Shown one piece after another: positions 47,401-61,748 of a stretch of DNA of 64,000 bases. The notes beneath the pieces are model-generated. The model was not told where the DNA came from and did not search any database. It saw only the letters and a program-made list of their open reading frames with translations. The DNA is from Octopus vulgaris (Eukaryota): contig OX597816.1 of NCBI GenBank assembly GCA_951406725.2, forward strand, positions 82,212,001 to 82,276,000, given 5' to 3'. Position 1 is the stretch's first letter. Each line of letters opens with the position of its first letter. The position numbers and the translations under genes are program-made.

Positions 47401-49010
47401 ATCATCATTATTATTTAATGTCCATCTTCCATTCTGGCACGGGTTGAATGGTTCAACAAGATCCAACAAGTAGGCAGACTGCATTGAGTTCCTAGGTCTG
47501 TTTTGTCATGGTTTCTATTGTTAGATACCTAACCTAACGCCAACCATTTTACAGAGAGTACTGGGTGCTCATTCTGTGACACTGGTACTAATGAGAACAC
47601 CAAAAATGACACACAAAGAAAAAACCTTTGACTGAGAGAAGTTATAGTAGCAAGGGAGGTGGCTTTTAGGCTAGGTGTTGAAAGGCTCAAGAATGATACA
47701 GGGACAAGCACAAGTGACTTGCTATATGGAAAATACAATGGGTACTTTGTCTTACATTATATAAGGGTGGATGGGAGTAGCTAGAAAAACAACAATGGTG
47801 GTGACAAAGTGTCAGAACATACTCTCAAGACACAAGCTGAATATAAAAGAATCAAGGAGGGTGGGTGGAGTGAAAGGAGAATGACAAATGGGTGTAGAAG
47901 TGAATGTAGTGAAGGTGTGGCCAATGGTAAATATTAGCTGGGTTGGGTGGAGGTCAAAGAATAAAGATCTGCTCAGAAAAAGTGATAAGTGGCAGTACAG
48001 GAAGGGAGGAAAGTAGTAGTTTAACATATCTGTAGGTAGATCAGAAAATATGGAAAGGGAGATGAATGTTAGAGGTGACTATAGTGAGAGACAAAGGTTG
48101 GTAGGGGGAGGAGCATCGATGGCAGATTTGCCATAGTGATAACAGAAAACAGTGGGAATTAACAATAAGATAATAACAACCCAACGATGCATCTCAAGGA
48201 GATACAAAAAAGAGTGATTGGTAGAAAATAAAATGGGAAAAGACGATATTGAGAATGATGGATGGATTTTAAAAGGAAGTGATTCTAAGGAGAGGGGAGG
48301 TAACTAGTAGCACAAAGGAGAATGAGCTGTATGCATATTCTGCTCCTATATGATTACAGAAGGTGAATAGCGCTGAAGTAAGAAGAGTGATGAATGATAG
48401 GAAGGTGAGAAATGGGAAGGGCTTGATGAGGACAGATTGTGTGTTAGGGCCCAGGCCTAATGAGTGCATATACATAAACATTGTACTTAGGATCTCATTT
48501 TCGTCAAGACAAATGGGGCTTTTCAAGTGAAACAAATCATCTCTATGAGGCTCAGGGTCCAAAGATCCATCATCACTATTTTGTTCCATGTCTTCCTGAA
48601 TTTCCTTCTACAAATTCTATCACATATAATGATTGGCCCTCATTTATATATACTGTCATCTTCCACATGCATCAAAAGCCATATCAGCATAGTCTTCTCT
48701 CTTGCATACATCTGATTTCTCTTACACCAAATATTTTTCTCAACACATTTGCATTTTGTTATACAAGGTATTGACAATGCATATCCAGCAGAGCAAAGTA
48801 GCTTCATTTCCAGTCTTTGTAAGTCCTCTGCATTCATGGCTCACATTTCATCATCATGCAATATTGTGGTTTGAACACAAGAATTATACCACCTGCCTTT
48901 CATTCTGAGAGAAAATAACTTTTGTTCCCTGTTTTCTAAACTTTCTCCACCCTGTTCCTATTCTAGTAACTATACTTTCAGAACAGTCTCCTCTATTGCT
49001 AGAATTCCTC
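47401..49010 (-). mobile_element. Old RTE subfamily copy with long pyrimidine-rich 3' UTR and decayed ORF end
   Basis: RTE-type 3' end at 47401, then a GA-rich (plus-strand) tract, then decayed RT C-terminal coding (GVREIRCMQE.R-like) at ~48500-49000. Related pieces at 49528-50620, 51940-52660 and 45650-46170(+). Confidence 0.7.
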
Positions 49011-52000
49011 TTAGCATATATAAACTAGTATTAAGAAATGTAAACCAATTAACATCAGATAGGGGTAGTATTATCAATCATATAAATAGATATTTGTCTC
49101 GATTTGTAGTTATCTAAACTAACTTATTAAAGATTGAGCTGTTGGCTAGTAAACTGTCCCATTATATTTTTTTATTTTAAAAATATTTTCAAATACATTT
49201 CATAAATGTAAACAAAGAGATTTTAGAGTTTCTTTAAAACTCATTTGACCATTAGACAAAGGTGAAAACCTTCTGTAGAAATACAATACCTTCCTAGAAT
49301 ATATTTCCTTCATGGATAATAAAAATTCTAAATATAGTGAATCTAATGGATTGTTTTATTGATTTTGCTTTAATAATAGCAGCGTCTTGTTTGTGTTATA
49401 TGTTCTTTAGTTGTTTCCAAATATTACCTGTATAAATATGATTAATGCTGATTTGAATATTTTCACCCCTGGTGACTGTGATAAAATGAAGGAAACAGTT
49501 TATGAAGTTGAAATCTAAATATACACCATCATTATCAGCATCTTTTATTGTCCATCTTCCCTATTGGCATTGGTTGGATTGTTTGACAGGCTCCAATTGA
49601 TCTGAGAACTACCTCAGGTTCTAATGTCTGCTTTGGCATAATTTCTATGGATGGATGTCCTTCCTAATGCTAACAGAGAGGAGTGAGTGTTTTTTTTTTA
49701 GCACTTGCACTAGTGAGGTTGCCATTCAATCTGCAAGACTAAGATCCCCTTCAAATGAGTGGTGCTATAGTAGAGGAGGTGGCTTTATGCTAGGAGATGA
49801 GATGTTTAAGTATGAAAGGAGGGGCCAGAACTGAACAGGTTTCTTACTGTAGAGGAATTACATGGCTACTCACATTATAGAAGAGGGATAGAACTGGAAA
49901 GAGAGATAAAATAGTGGTGATCAAGTATCAGGATGGATCTTGAAGGTAAAAGAAGGTTAATACAGGTGAGTGGGGACAGAAAAACAGCAAGTGAAAGTGG
50001 ATAGAGGTTACAAGAATAAGGGATAGTTATAAATGGGAAATGGTTGAGGGGACAAATATAAAGAATAAAGCTTGAGTGGTTGTTGATGATAAATAAACAA
50101 AAAGAAGATTAGGAAGAGTAGGTGATGACTGTAGAGATTGAGAAGGGCTGAAGCATGGAAGTAGTGAATGATAGAGGGGTGAATAGTGATACAGGAGATA
50201 GAAGGGAAGGTAATGGAGAGTAGTACATGACTGACAACTCATAAGAGGGTAAGGAGTCTCAGAGTAGTAATAATAAGCAGGGAAAGGCTGAGAGAGAAGG
50301 AGATGACAATAGGCAGGTAGATTGCATGAGAGTGAAAGGAGAGGTAGATATAATACTGAGAAAGATTGAGAGGTGTATGGTGGTTTAGGAGAGCAAATCT
50401 GGCAGCACAGAAGGGTGTGAATGGAGAGGGACAATATTATTAGGGAGGGATGTTAAGTGTAGTGGTTCCAGGAAGTGAAAAAGATAACTTGGTATCTCAG
50501 AAAAAAGATGAAGAAATATATATGAAGCCCTGTTCATATGACAAAATACTGAAGTTACAAAAATAATGGAGGAGACAATGATAGAGATGATGGGTGGTGG
50601 GAACTGAGGAAGAAATTGGACAAGCAATATAGTTTGTGAGTGTGTATGTATGTGTGTTCTATGGAAACATCTTTAGGTCTTAGGTCTGCCATGAGGCTCA
50701 TAAACTAGGCTGGAATGTATTCTGATTTCCATGGTGTATAGGCTACTGAGAGTACAACACATTCTGCTGAACAGCATATCAGTCTGTCAAAGTTAAAACC
50801 CAGCTGTTGTAGTACTCATTTTCAGCTGAACCGACTGGAGTAATGTAAAATGAAACCACAACCTTACAATTGGGAGCACAACACCCTAACCATTCAGCTT
50901 TGGGTCTTATGGAAAGATAGTCTTATTTTGTAGTACAAAATATACAAGAACTTAATACATCCTTGTATTTGATAGAAATATAACTTCTGATAAATGTTTA
51001 TTCCTATGTAAGATAAACAGGATTATATAACTCCCCACATTATCAGGTTTTTTTTTTATTGGCTGAAAACATAGATAGAAAAGAAAATCCTGATAGGCAC
51101 AGTCAACAAACAGTAGATCAGAACATTGTGTAATCTGAACCATGTAATACAAATAAGCAAATATATACTAGATACCATCATTTTACACAAAGCTAGAATA
51201 GCTTGGACAGGCCATAATAGTCTAAGTTAGTTCTTATTAAGAGTTATGCCTCCCAGATAAGTTGGAGGACTATGACATTTTTGACTTAGTTCCTACAGTT
51301 GGATGCTCTTTTTATAACCAACCACTTTATAGAGTGCACTGGGTGCATTTTATGATCACATTAGCAGAAGCTGTGTCCACAAGACTAAAGAGTCCACATG
51401 TTGTCTCCGTTCATACACCCCAACCACTTCAGAAAGTATACTGACAGTATAGTAGTGAATGTGAATAACAGGTGACCCAGGAAATGGAAAAGTGTAACAG
51501 GTACAAGCAGCTTTGATGCACTGCCTTATACAAAAGGTTAAGGGGAGAGGGCAGAAATCATTATGATGGCTATAAGCAATGGGAGTGGGTGCAATGGTAG
51601 GGAAGAGCAGATAAGCAATGGGAGTGACAAGTGACAGAGGGAGTGATGAGTGATGGAAGGACAAGTGACAGTGATGTGTATGCTTGTATTTATATATATA
51701 TATTCATTTATTTTATGTCTGCTTTTCTATGCTAAAATGGATTAGATGAATATATTAAGGTGTTGTTTTGTAAGTGTGTGCTTTTCCTGTAGCTAACATT
51801 TGCCTGCTTTTCAAATAAAGGATATCTTTTTTCATACATCTTCAAGAGCATGATGTGAGTGAATGATCTGTTGATAGAACTGACAGCAAGATTGTTCATA
51901 GCTTGCAACTTTCATAGTGGACAAATGCAAACAAATACACTGACATACGATCTGTCAGAGAACTGGATCATGGTCCAATGTCTGCATTAGCATGGTTTCT

Positions 52001-54691
52001 AAAGCTGGAAGCCCTTCCTAATGTTAACTTTCTTATACAGTGAACTGGGCGGTCTTTTTTTTTTTTTGGAGCGCCAGTACTATTGAGGTTGCCATGTGAA
52101 TTGCAAATTTAATATCCATCTTCAACTGAATAGGGCTACAATAGAGAGGGAGGCAGCTTTATGTTAAGTGATGAAAGGTTAGAGTATGAAGGAAGAGAGT
52201 AGAATAGATCTTTTGCTGTAGAAGTGATATATGACTACATTACACAAGAGTGGGATGGAAAAATCTGTATGGAGCTGGAAAGACAAAGAGGGTGGTGACT
52301 AGATGTTACTGTGGGCTCTGACGACAGGAAAAGAAAGTGAGGCCAGACAGAGGTAGCATGAGTGTATGGAGAGATTGAAGGATGGAAGAAATGGGATAAG
52401 GATGCAAATATACTAAGTATGAACAAGGGTTGAGATGGGAGTAATGTCAATGATAAATTGTTGGATGGAAAATAAGGAAGAGTAGATGATGACTAGAGAT
52501 TGGGAAGGATGTGGGGTGAATGTAATGAATGGTGGAGGTGTAATAAATGATACACATAAGTTAAGGAGTCTGAGCTAATTGGCAGTACAGAAGGATGAAG
52601 AGTAGCAGGACAGAGAGAGGTTGCAAAAGAGTGAGTGGATGGGAGACAGGGCAAAATGTATGGTGACATATCATTTTTAATGTATACGCACAATTCATAG
52701 GCAAGTTACTGCAGTATTTGTTCTCAAATAAGCTCTCTTATGGACATGTGCTAAAAACGTAATAAATATTAGAGAGAGATGAAAATTTGTTCCAGCAGTC
52801 TGGTCCCAGAATCTGACATATTTAACTAATGCCAGCATGGAAAGTGAAAGCAAAACTGATAATATATCCATCTTTTAGTTGTTTCAGTCATCAGGCTGCA
52901 GCCATGTTGGGGCACTGCCTTGAAGAATTTTAGTCGAACAAATCAACTCTAGCACTTATTTATTTTCTCTAAAAACCTGGCACTTATTTTATTGGTCTCT
53001 TTTGCCAAACTGCTAATTCATGGAGACATAAACACAGACATAATCCTCATTATCATCCTTTAACGTCCATTTTCCATGCTGGCATGGGTTGGACAGGCAT
53101 ATATAAGTATATACACAATGGACTTTTTTCAGCTTCCATTTACATGCACACATATATACAGGTACTCAGACATACACATATGTACACACACACACACATA
53201 TACACACAATCATGTAATATCTACTGTAATATCCACACAGAAAGTGGACATAAATGATAACAATGATATAACACTATATTTTTAATAATGTTGCTCAACT
53301 TCACAACACTTGGAGAATAATTACTCTTGGACTTTTTTTATTTTAGAATTACATACAGGCAAAGAAGCAAACTATGTGGATTAACACTGGGCTATATATA
53401 TATCTATCTATATATATATCTATAAAGACACTTGGATCCTGGTCAGCTCCAGTCAAACCATCCAACCCATGACAGTATGGAAAATGGATCTTAAATAATG
53501 ATGATGATATAAGCACATCATTTGATTCCTTATCTGGTAGCTTTACACCAAATTTATTTTAGTTTTATTTAATTTTCTCGTTTCAGATTTACTCTTGACA
53601 TTACTGTATTTAATTTGAAATTTTGATCTCAGTCTTTGCCTGTTTCAGGTATCAAAAGAAAACCAGTATTCCCTAATTATTTAAAAATAATTTCGAAATA
53701 ACACAGAGATGCATGAGAATCTGAGTTCTATCCAACTACACAGTATTCTGGGCAACTATCTTCTGTCACAACTCATTTGCTTTGTGAATGAAATTTGGTA
53801 GATGGAAATTGTGCAGTAGCTCATTGTGTGTGTGAAAATGGAGTTATTTCAGGATGTACTCCTCTAGTCTTTGTCTTACAGGATTCACCAAAACCACAGT
53901 GGAGCAGTGCAGATAGGTCAACACCACCAACACCATGGCTAAGATGCTGTATCTATACCTCTCCTAGATAGGTGTCTGACAAGAACAACCAAAGTGGTTT
54001 TGCAGCACCTATGTTCACCCTTCTGAATAGTTCTATGTCCCTGCACACTATTGTTAGATAGTTATTGATCTACACTGGGTCAATGTGTTCTTTTAACAGG
54101 TCTTGTTTCTATCATGCAGGGTCACTAGCAAGTCTCTTCATCAGGTTAGCTTGATGGAGGTGCTGGTTTAGCCATTTATAACCTAACCATGTAGCAGGTT
54201 GTACTGGACAGTATGTTGCCAGTGGCCTGAGAATAAAACAAGCTGTGACAGCTTTAAAGTGGTTCCTACAAACCAGATTTCCAGTAACCTACTGCAGGGA
54301 GGAGGTACTAATTCTTCTGGGTTAGTTAGGGAAGATAGTGGCACTGGGAAATGCACATCTCCAAAGCCACTATAAAGTGTGTACAGGTATTTTCTTCTGT
54401 GATGTGTATAGGATCCTGGATCTTAAGAAGTCATTGTCATTGCAAGGGCCAGGGGCATCATGTACATCTGCAATGACGTGCTACTGCAACTTTTACAGTT
54501 TATTTTTCATAAAGGCACATAGTAGGTGTAGTATAAGTGGTAGCAGTCATAACTACCTGGTCATCCACATTGTTGCACCTATGGATACTTTAATTACTGT
54601 ACTTATTAAATAATTACAGTAATTAAAATATCCACAATTGATAGAGAATACAGTCAGCAGAGAGAGAGAGAGAGAGAGAGAGAGAACTTAC

Positions 54692-54921
54692 CTTTGTCTT
54701 TCTGACTTGTAATTAGCAGATAGTTCATCAAAGAGCTTGGTATTCATTTCCATAAATGTCTTAAGAACATTGTAGACCAGTGCAACTATAGTCTTGTTCC
54801 AGTGATCCTTAGAGATATTGTAAAGAGATGAGAACATGATTGGCATTATCACAACGGCATTCTCCTCAATCAAACTCATGATATATTCATTGTTCCAGTA
54901 ATATAGTGCTCTCTCAGCAAC
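54692..54921 (-). CDS. PPP2R5: PP2A B56 regulatory subunit exon ([21 protein letters not shown]...[11 protein letters not shown])
   Basis: 230-nt exon bounded by ctttacag| and |gtaagt. Carries the conserved [13 protein letters not shown] and [19 protein letters not shown] motifs. Ends in phase 2. Confidence 0.96.
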
Positions 54922-55202
54922 CTGTAAAGTAGAAAGAATGAATTTTTGTCAGTTGGTGTCTAATGACAGCTTCTGTATTACTTCTTGCCTTTAGTGTGAT
55001 AAACTGTACTGAAGAGTAGAAAATAAAACATATACATGTGTGAGGGTAGGGATAATTACATAATTCTAACTATGGTTTCATGACATAAATTCTAACTATG
55101 GTTTCATGATAAACCAATGATATATATCATGTCATTACTGGTTATTTAAACTTTAGTGACTCTTCTATTCATAATGTGTGTGTGCATATGTAGGTAGGTG
55201 TA

Positions 55203-55235
<33 letters not shown>

Positions 55236-56559
55236 ATTCAAATGCTAAAAACAGTTGTATACTTGAAACAGTTAAGGTTTTATAAAAGCTGCTTCAAATG
55301 TTTTGGTCAAGTCAAACTTAAATAGATGCAATGTAGATAATCATCAACTATTTGACAGCACAATTAATGTCTGTCCTGCTTCCATCCTAAGCAGCAAAGA
55401 ATGCTGAAAATGTAAACAAAGGCAGTGCGCTTATAATGTGGCCTGTACCAGCTGAGTTGCATTGCTGCCAAATTTCTAATAACTTTCTGACATAAAGATG
55501 TATGAATTTTTTTTTCTTTTTGTTATCAGCTAGTATGCTATTACATTACACACCATTCAGTCCACTAGTGGCCAAAACTTAACTGTATTAGGTATGAGAG
55601 GTGCATATATCCTCATATAATTTATTTTTATTTGTGCCACTTATTTATCACTGTTTTACAGTTTACATGGTTTTTCTATGTTAGTATGGACAAATTCAGT
55701 AAATTTGGATATTAGCACTATGTCTCCCATAACAGATAGTTCTACTTTTGTACTGTAAATCAGTTATGAATGTTATATCTTACATCTTATTTAATAGCTA
55801 GAATAATTGAGAGAGATAGAGTAATATGCTTTCTTCTAAACCACAAACACTCAAGTAACAGGTCATAAACTCAAGTTAATAGTTGTTAAAGCAAAGATAT
55901 TCCACCAGATTATAACATCCCAGGGTGTGGCATCAAGCTGCTACAGGTGTCACGAGATTTTTTTCAAGACATTCCCAAATAACATATGGAGGACAATTTC
56001 TGCCTTTACATAAAAATTTCTAAGATAATCTTCAAAATATCTCAACTAAGGTTCTGTCTAGAACCACTGAGAAACTATTTTGGGTGTTTTTAAAAATTTT
56101 GTTTTTCTTTTTTAACACTTTAGTTATCTTCTTTGTAATGTGCTGTTGCAATAAGAACTATAACTATAGTTTATGTGAACTTTCTTAAAGTAGTTGCACA
56201 GTTAAGATGTTTAAACTGTCAAAAACTAGTATAGTTAGTAGAAGACAATTGTTTCTTAGTGCAATTTTGGAGAAAGATTGCACAAGATATTGAAAGCTAA
56301 AATTTTAAAAGAGTCAATACAGGACAAAATCAGTAAGTTTAGCATAGAGCAAAAATATATTTTTCAAGGTTGTATCAAATTTTCAACAAGTTACTGGAGA
56401 AGTTACAGATACTATCATTATCATCGCAGAAATAACAAAAACAATGCTTTAATGCCTTTTTGAATTACAGGATTGTTCAATCAGGATCCCTCTCTCTGTA
56501 TATGTATGTATGTATATATATATATATATATATATACATACATACATACATACATACAT

Positions 56560-56606
<47 letters not shown>

Positions 56607-56873
56607 CACACTTATGTTTGGTGTAAACTGTCAGAAAAAAAAAGGACAACAGCATGGCAAAGATTAAAGATATTTTAAATTAGTCAAGTCAATCTCTTGC
56701 TACTCTGAGCTCACAGGAAAGTTGTGACAACTTGCCTGAAGAATCAGTGTACCTACAGTGGAAACTCAAAGTAGCAAGAGACTGACCCAACCAATATAAA
56801 ATACTATAGGTATATACATATTTTTTTTAAAAATCCTGCTTGCTACAGTATCAAAAAAAAAATGTTGCTTTAC

Positions 56874-56993
56874 CTGGAAATGTGGACTGGATACACAACG
56901 GGCTATTTGCCTGAACAGTGGATCCATGATTCTTTGAAAATGTGGTGGTTCTATCACATCAAGTATTTCTTCAATTTCACCAAGAAACATTAC
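56874..56993 (-). CDS. PPP2R5: PP2A B56 regulatory subunit exon ([40 protein letters not shown])
   Basis: 120-nt exon bounded by cttccag| and |gtaaag. The translation is the hallmark B56 HEAT-like sequence. Phase 0/0. Confidence 0.96.
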
Positions 56994-58519
56994 CTGGAAG
57001 AAAGCATTTATCATGATACTTCATATTATATAATATCAATGAAGAGTGACTATTTCAAATCAATAAGAAGGTAATACCTACAACACTGGGTCTCATTTTT
57101 TTCTCATAGCCTACTTCTGCACCTAATCTATTTCTGTAGACCCTCCAAAAATGCTACTGGGGGTGGAGGACATGGTTTCACCATTTGCAATGTATAATCA
57201 CAGCTATATCACAAAAACAAAGTGTTTGTAGTAACTTATAAAATGATTATTTCTATGGAGATAAAATTGTGTATAAACAAACTAAATTCTGTTGTTAAGA
57301 CAAATGTACAACAGAAGCATAAATTATAGACTACCACAGATTTGGCTTTAATATGTATTTATTTATTTTTTTGTTTTTAATGTGAGAAATAAAATATTTC
57401 AAGATGAGAATTTTATTCAGTAAAAGACTTGTTTGTAGCTGAAGAAAACTGGCAAGTTTTGCAATGTCTGGTTGCAGTTTTGTTAGTGACAAAGACCACC
57501 ACTCCTTACAATATGAAAGCATTTGCAAACTTTTGACAAATAAGATTAAACAAAATAGTAAATGGAAAAACTGTGTAAACACTTTCTCACAGAGCAGTGG
57601 AAACTTCCAAGAAATTTCTCTAATTTGTCATAAATAATGTTTATCACATTTGAGTCATGCTTGATCCTTCAGTAATTCAATGAAGTTTTTCTAATATATC
57701 ATTATTAACACTCCCACCCCAATCAAACCTCAATGCTCATCTCTAGCAAGTTACTGAACTTGCTTCATACAGCTCCAGATTAAGAATCAGTGGTCTACAC
57801 TCCAAACTATTACAGCAAACAATTAATAGAAATGTATATAAATTGGTTAGCTAATGAGCTAAAGGTACAATTTATAAACATTACATAGTTTTACTAGACA
57901 ACTAATTCATTAGTTATTAATTACCACAAGAAATTAATAATAAACAAATCAATGATTATAAATAATATGGAAATTCAGAAATATATGTTCATCTCCAATT
58001 GCAAAGATGACTAGCTGTATGTTCAAAACTGCATAAAAATATCAGAGATTATTTATTTAAAGGATCTGGTGCTTTATGTACCTGAAATTTACATTCATTT
58101 CAATTTTTTATGATTTTGTAATACACAGTAACAACTACATGTAACAAAAAATTTAAACCTTGTTTATTTCCATACTTAAGTGTTGCACTAAATACAAGGG
58201 AAAACCTCTTAATTCTATTTGCATTAATTAAGCCAACCTAGAAATTAAGTTACCAAAGAAGGATGGCATGATAGAAGACACCAAATTGACTTGAGCAATT
58301 GATGAGTATTTTGTCTATTCTGACTATGAAAGCCTGATTAACCCAGAGAAAATTGTACAATGCCCAGAAGTACAGTGTGTTAGATGATGGCCATCCAAAA
58401 ATACAAAACAACAAAGAGATACAATGAAAAAGCAAGAAGAGATTACAGCAATAAGAAGCAGCACTTGCTTAGTTATAACGTGTTTTGTATTGGCATTAAA
58501 TCCCAAAATAAAAGTTTTC

Positions 58520-58700
58520 GTTCAGCAACATGTCAGTCCTATGATTAAAGACATTACAGTCATGATAATCCTTATTCAAGAATAGTTTACTTTGGACAAT
58601 ATCATTCAATGTATCATCCATTTTTTAAGAGATCAGGATAATACTGAGGGAGGTTGGCTGCTATTTCAAGCAGGTAGAACAACCATGAAGAAGCTCCTGG
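58520..58700 (+). repeat. Unclassified old ~200-bp interspersed repeat
   Basis: The motif pair aaagacattccag..gtgaccatc and ggagatttggctgctatttctagcagg recurs at ~1170-1350, 7125-7330, 10045-10270, 18830-18990, 37830-38020 and 38830-38910, and reversed at 8590-8760 and 62690-62830. Confidence 0.55.
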
Positions 58701-60561
58701 TGGTGTGTAGTTTGTGGAGTTCAGAATGCTTACTAACATCCTGAGGAGGAAAAAGTGTTATACTTAATACAGAATATTATATCGTAAATGAATGTAATAC
58801 TATATGTTAAACATTTGTTAAGCTAGAGTAAAACTAAAAAATAAAAGATTTAAAGTTGATGCAGATAGTGCATGATTCGAAAGTAAAGATTTCTGAATGT
58901 TAGGAAAATAGATAATTCGAACAGGTTATTATCTGTACCCACCACCCTAAACCCCTCTTTTGTTTGGGGAGTGACAAGACACATCCATAATACAAACAGT
59001 TCTACCTAATCACAAAATAACTATATGTTTCTCAAGGTGGGGGTGACATGGAGGTTGTGTGCCTAGGTTAGATATAAAATATTTAATACAGGGACTTTAT
59101 CTGTTAAGCAGGAATTAAATCTCTTAAAGTTATTTTTGAAAAGAGTAATTGCTTAATCTAAAACTGAACTTATTGTTTCTATATTTCCTCAGATAAATTC
59201 TCTAAGGATCTGATGTGTTGATAAAACTGACTTTTGATTGTATTTTCAATGAGGCCAATGTATCTAGCCAAAGTTTTATCTTAATACAATCGAGTACTTC
59301 AAATATTTTTGTAGACAAAATAAGAGTGTTTCATAGAGATAGATGGATAGATAGAGATACATTGCTCAAGAACTTGAATGTAATCTATGTTGTTATGGTT
59401 GCCAGAATGATAGTTTAAGGTTTTTATATAACCAGTTTAACAAAAAATAGGGTGGCCCTAACTAAAAAACCAACTGTAGTTCCTTTGTGACCAACACTGA
59501 AGGCATTCTCAACTTGTCAATTATACTCAACCATTTAACTGTCAACTCCAGCTTGACATGAAATATGGCTTCAACACTATTACAAAGAAATCCTATGCTA
59601 AATATATCTAGTATCCTATTCATACAACTCTTCAACAATTTTGAATATTTTGAAAATTCTTTAAAAAACACAAGCCATTTGTATCTGTTTATCCAATGAA
59701 AAAGATCATCATTTGTCCCCACTTCTTAGACATAGTGCCACCTATATACACTTAATAAGAACATTGATTCTTAAGTGTAAAATAAGAAAATAGACTAAAT
59801 TTGCTATGATTTTTGCCTTCTGTAAGGAACTTCCTGAGAAGATATACAAAAACTGGACAATAGAACATCAGATCAGAATTCAAGAACAACACCAACTTCT
59901 ACTTATGTTCTAACAGTGTAAAAGAAGCAAAAAAAATCTACTCAAGAGAGAGAAAGTGGAAGTAAAAGATGAAGCATCAGCATCTCAGGCATTTGAGAGA
60001 GGAATTATAAAGATGAAAATGAATAGCCAATAAGTAGCAGAGATGAATACTGAGAGGGAGAGGGAGAAGCAAACTCAGATCATGGAAGAAACAAGAAAGT
60101 CAAGATGGACAGAACTTGCATTAAGTGAAAGAAGAAACCTTATGCCATGATGAAATGAGATTATTGTGGAGATTAAAGAAAATGAAGGCATGACAGTAAA
60201 TATAGCACAAACTGATGACCTGATCAATAAACTAGTAATGACTTCACTCTAATACAGCTGAAATCACTGCAATACGCTTAAACAGATACTGTTGTAACAT
60301 TAAGATAGTATATGAAAGTTCCTTTAAGAAATGTTGCAAACAAATTCATCAATTGACAAGAAATACTAATAGACCAAATAAACAATTGATAATCTAATCA
60401 AATTAAGCCAGAACACATTGTTTCTCACTAAAGTATAGTCATTAGTTCACAGGGAGTTTACATAAAGGCAAAAATAATTAACAGCCCATGGATCATAACA
60501 GTAAAATATCACTATTTATTTACATGGGGAGGAGGACTAAAACATTTGTCATTAAAGGTTT

Positions 60562-61748
60562 TACAAAGGTAGGTTGAAAAGTTCATAGGCTGACTATGAA
60601 GGAGTGATGCTACAGCATGTATTAATTTAAACTCTAGAGTAAACTGACATCTGATTGTTCAAAAAAAGACTTCAAAACTAACTAGCAGTGACTTCTATTG
60701 AAAATGGATAAAATTTGACATTGTGATGTTAACAAGTATCTGCTGAAGAATGGCTTAGCTCCCAAAGACATTCATGCTGATATAGTTGCTTCATTGGGAG
60801 ATGACATTCCAGCTTTACCAACAGTACAAAATGGGCAGCTGAATTTAGGAGGGGAACAGAGAGTTTTTAAGTTGACCCAATGTCAGGTCATCCTGCAATT
60901 GCTACTACTGAGGAAAACACTGTGTTCACCACACGGTGACAGATGACAGGCGATTGACTATAAATCAAATAGTTAATGTTATTAGCATATCCTGTGAGAG
61001 ATTTGAGAATATTCTGCACAATGAACTTGGCATGATGAAGGTCTCTATGCAGTGGGTGCCACATCTGATACCCAATTAAAAGTGCACCAGGCTGATCACA
61101 TCATGGGGAAATATGATATTGTTTCAGGCAGATCCAGCTGGTTTCTTCAAATATTTCCAAAGCCAGGATGAGTGTTGGCTTCATCACTTTGAGCCAGAGA
61201 CAATTCATATAGTGGAAACGCACCTCCTCAAAAGAAGGTTAAGTTCATTTCATCTGCAGAGATGGTGATGGTCTTAGTCTTTTGAAATGCAAAAGACTGT
61301 GTTTATTGATTATCTTTAAAGGGCTACACCAACAATGAAGAGTACTATGCCAATTTGCTGAGGTAGTTACAAAAAGCTTTTTAAGACAAACATCCAGGAA
61401 ATCTGACAAAGGGGGTCTTGTTTTATCAGGGCAATGCTCCAGCACACAAGTCCTTCATTTCAATGACTATGGCTTTAAACTGATTGATCACCATCTTTAA
61501 TTTCTTGATCTGTCTATCATCTGTTTCCCAACATAAAAAAAAAAACACTTGGTTGAGAACTAGAATTGCAGTAACGATGTCATATCTACTGTTGATGACT
61601 TTTTGAACAACAAGATGAAAGCTTTTTCACCAATGCAATCTAAGCACTGCAAATCTGATGGAAGAAGTGTCTGAACCACAAAAGAAACTATATTGAAAAA
61701 TAAACCTCATTTGGTCACATTCCATGAACTTTTCAGTTGATCTTCATA
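60562..61748 (+). mobile_element. Defective mariner (DD34D-type) DNA transposon
   Basis: Imperfect TIRs (tacaaaggtaggttgaaaagttcat / atgaacttttcagttgatcttcata) with TA ends. Decayed transposase motifs WVPHL, DECWLHHFEPE and QGNAPAH, with many stops and frameshifts. Confidence 0.85.

Noticed and set aside
55059-55110. ~26-bp tandem duplication (aattctaactatggtttcatga) in a B56 intron
   Set aside because: An ordinary local slippage duplication with no sign of function.
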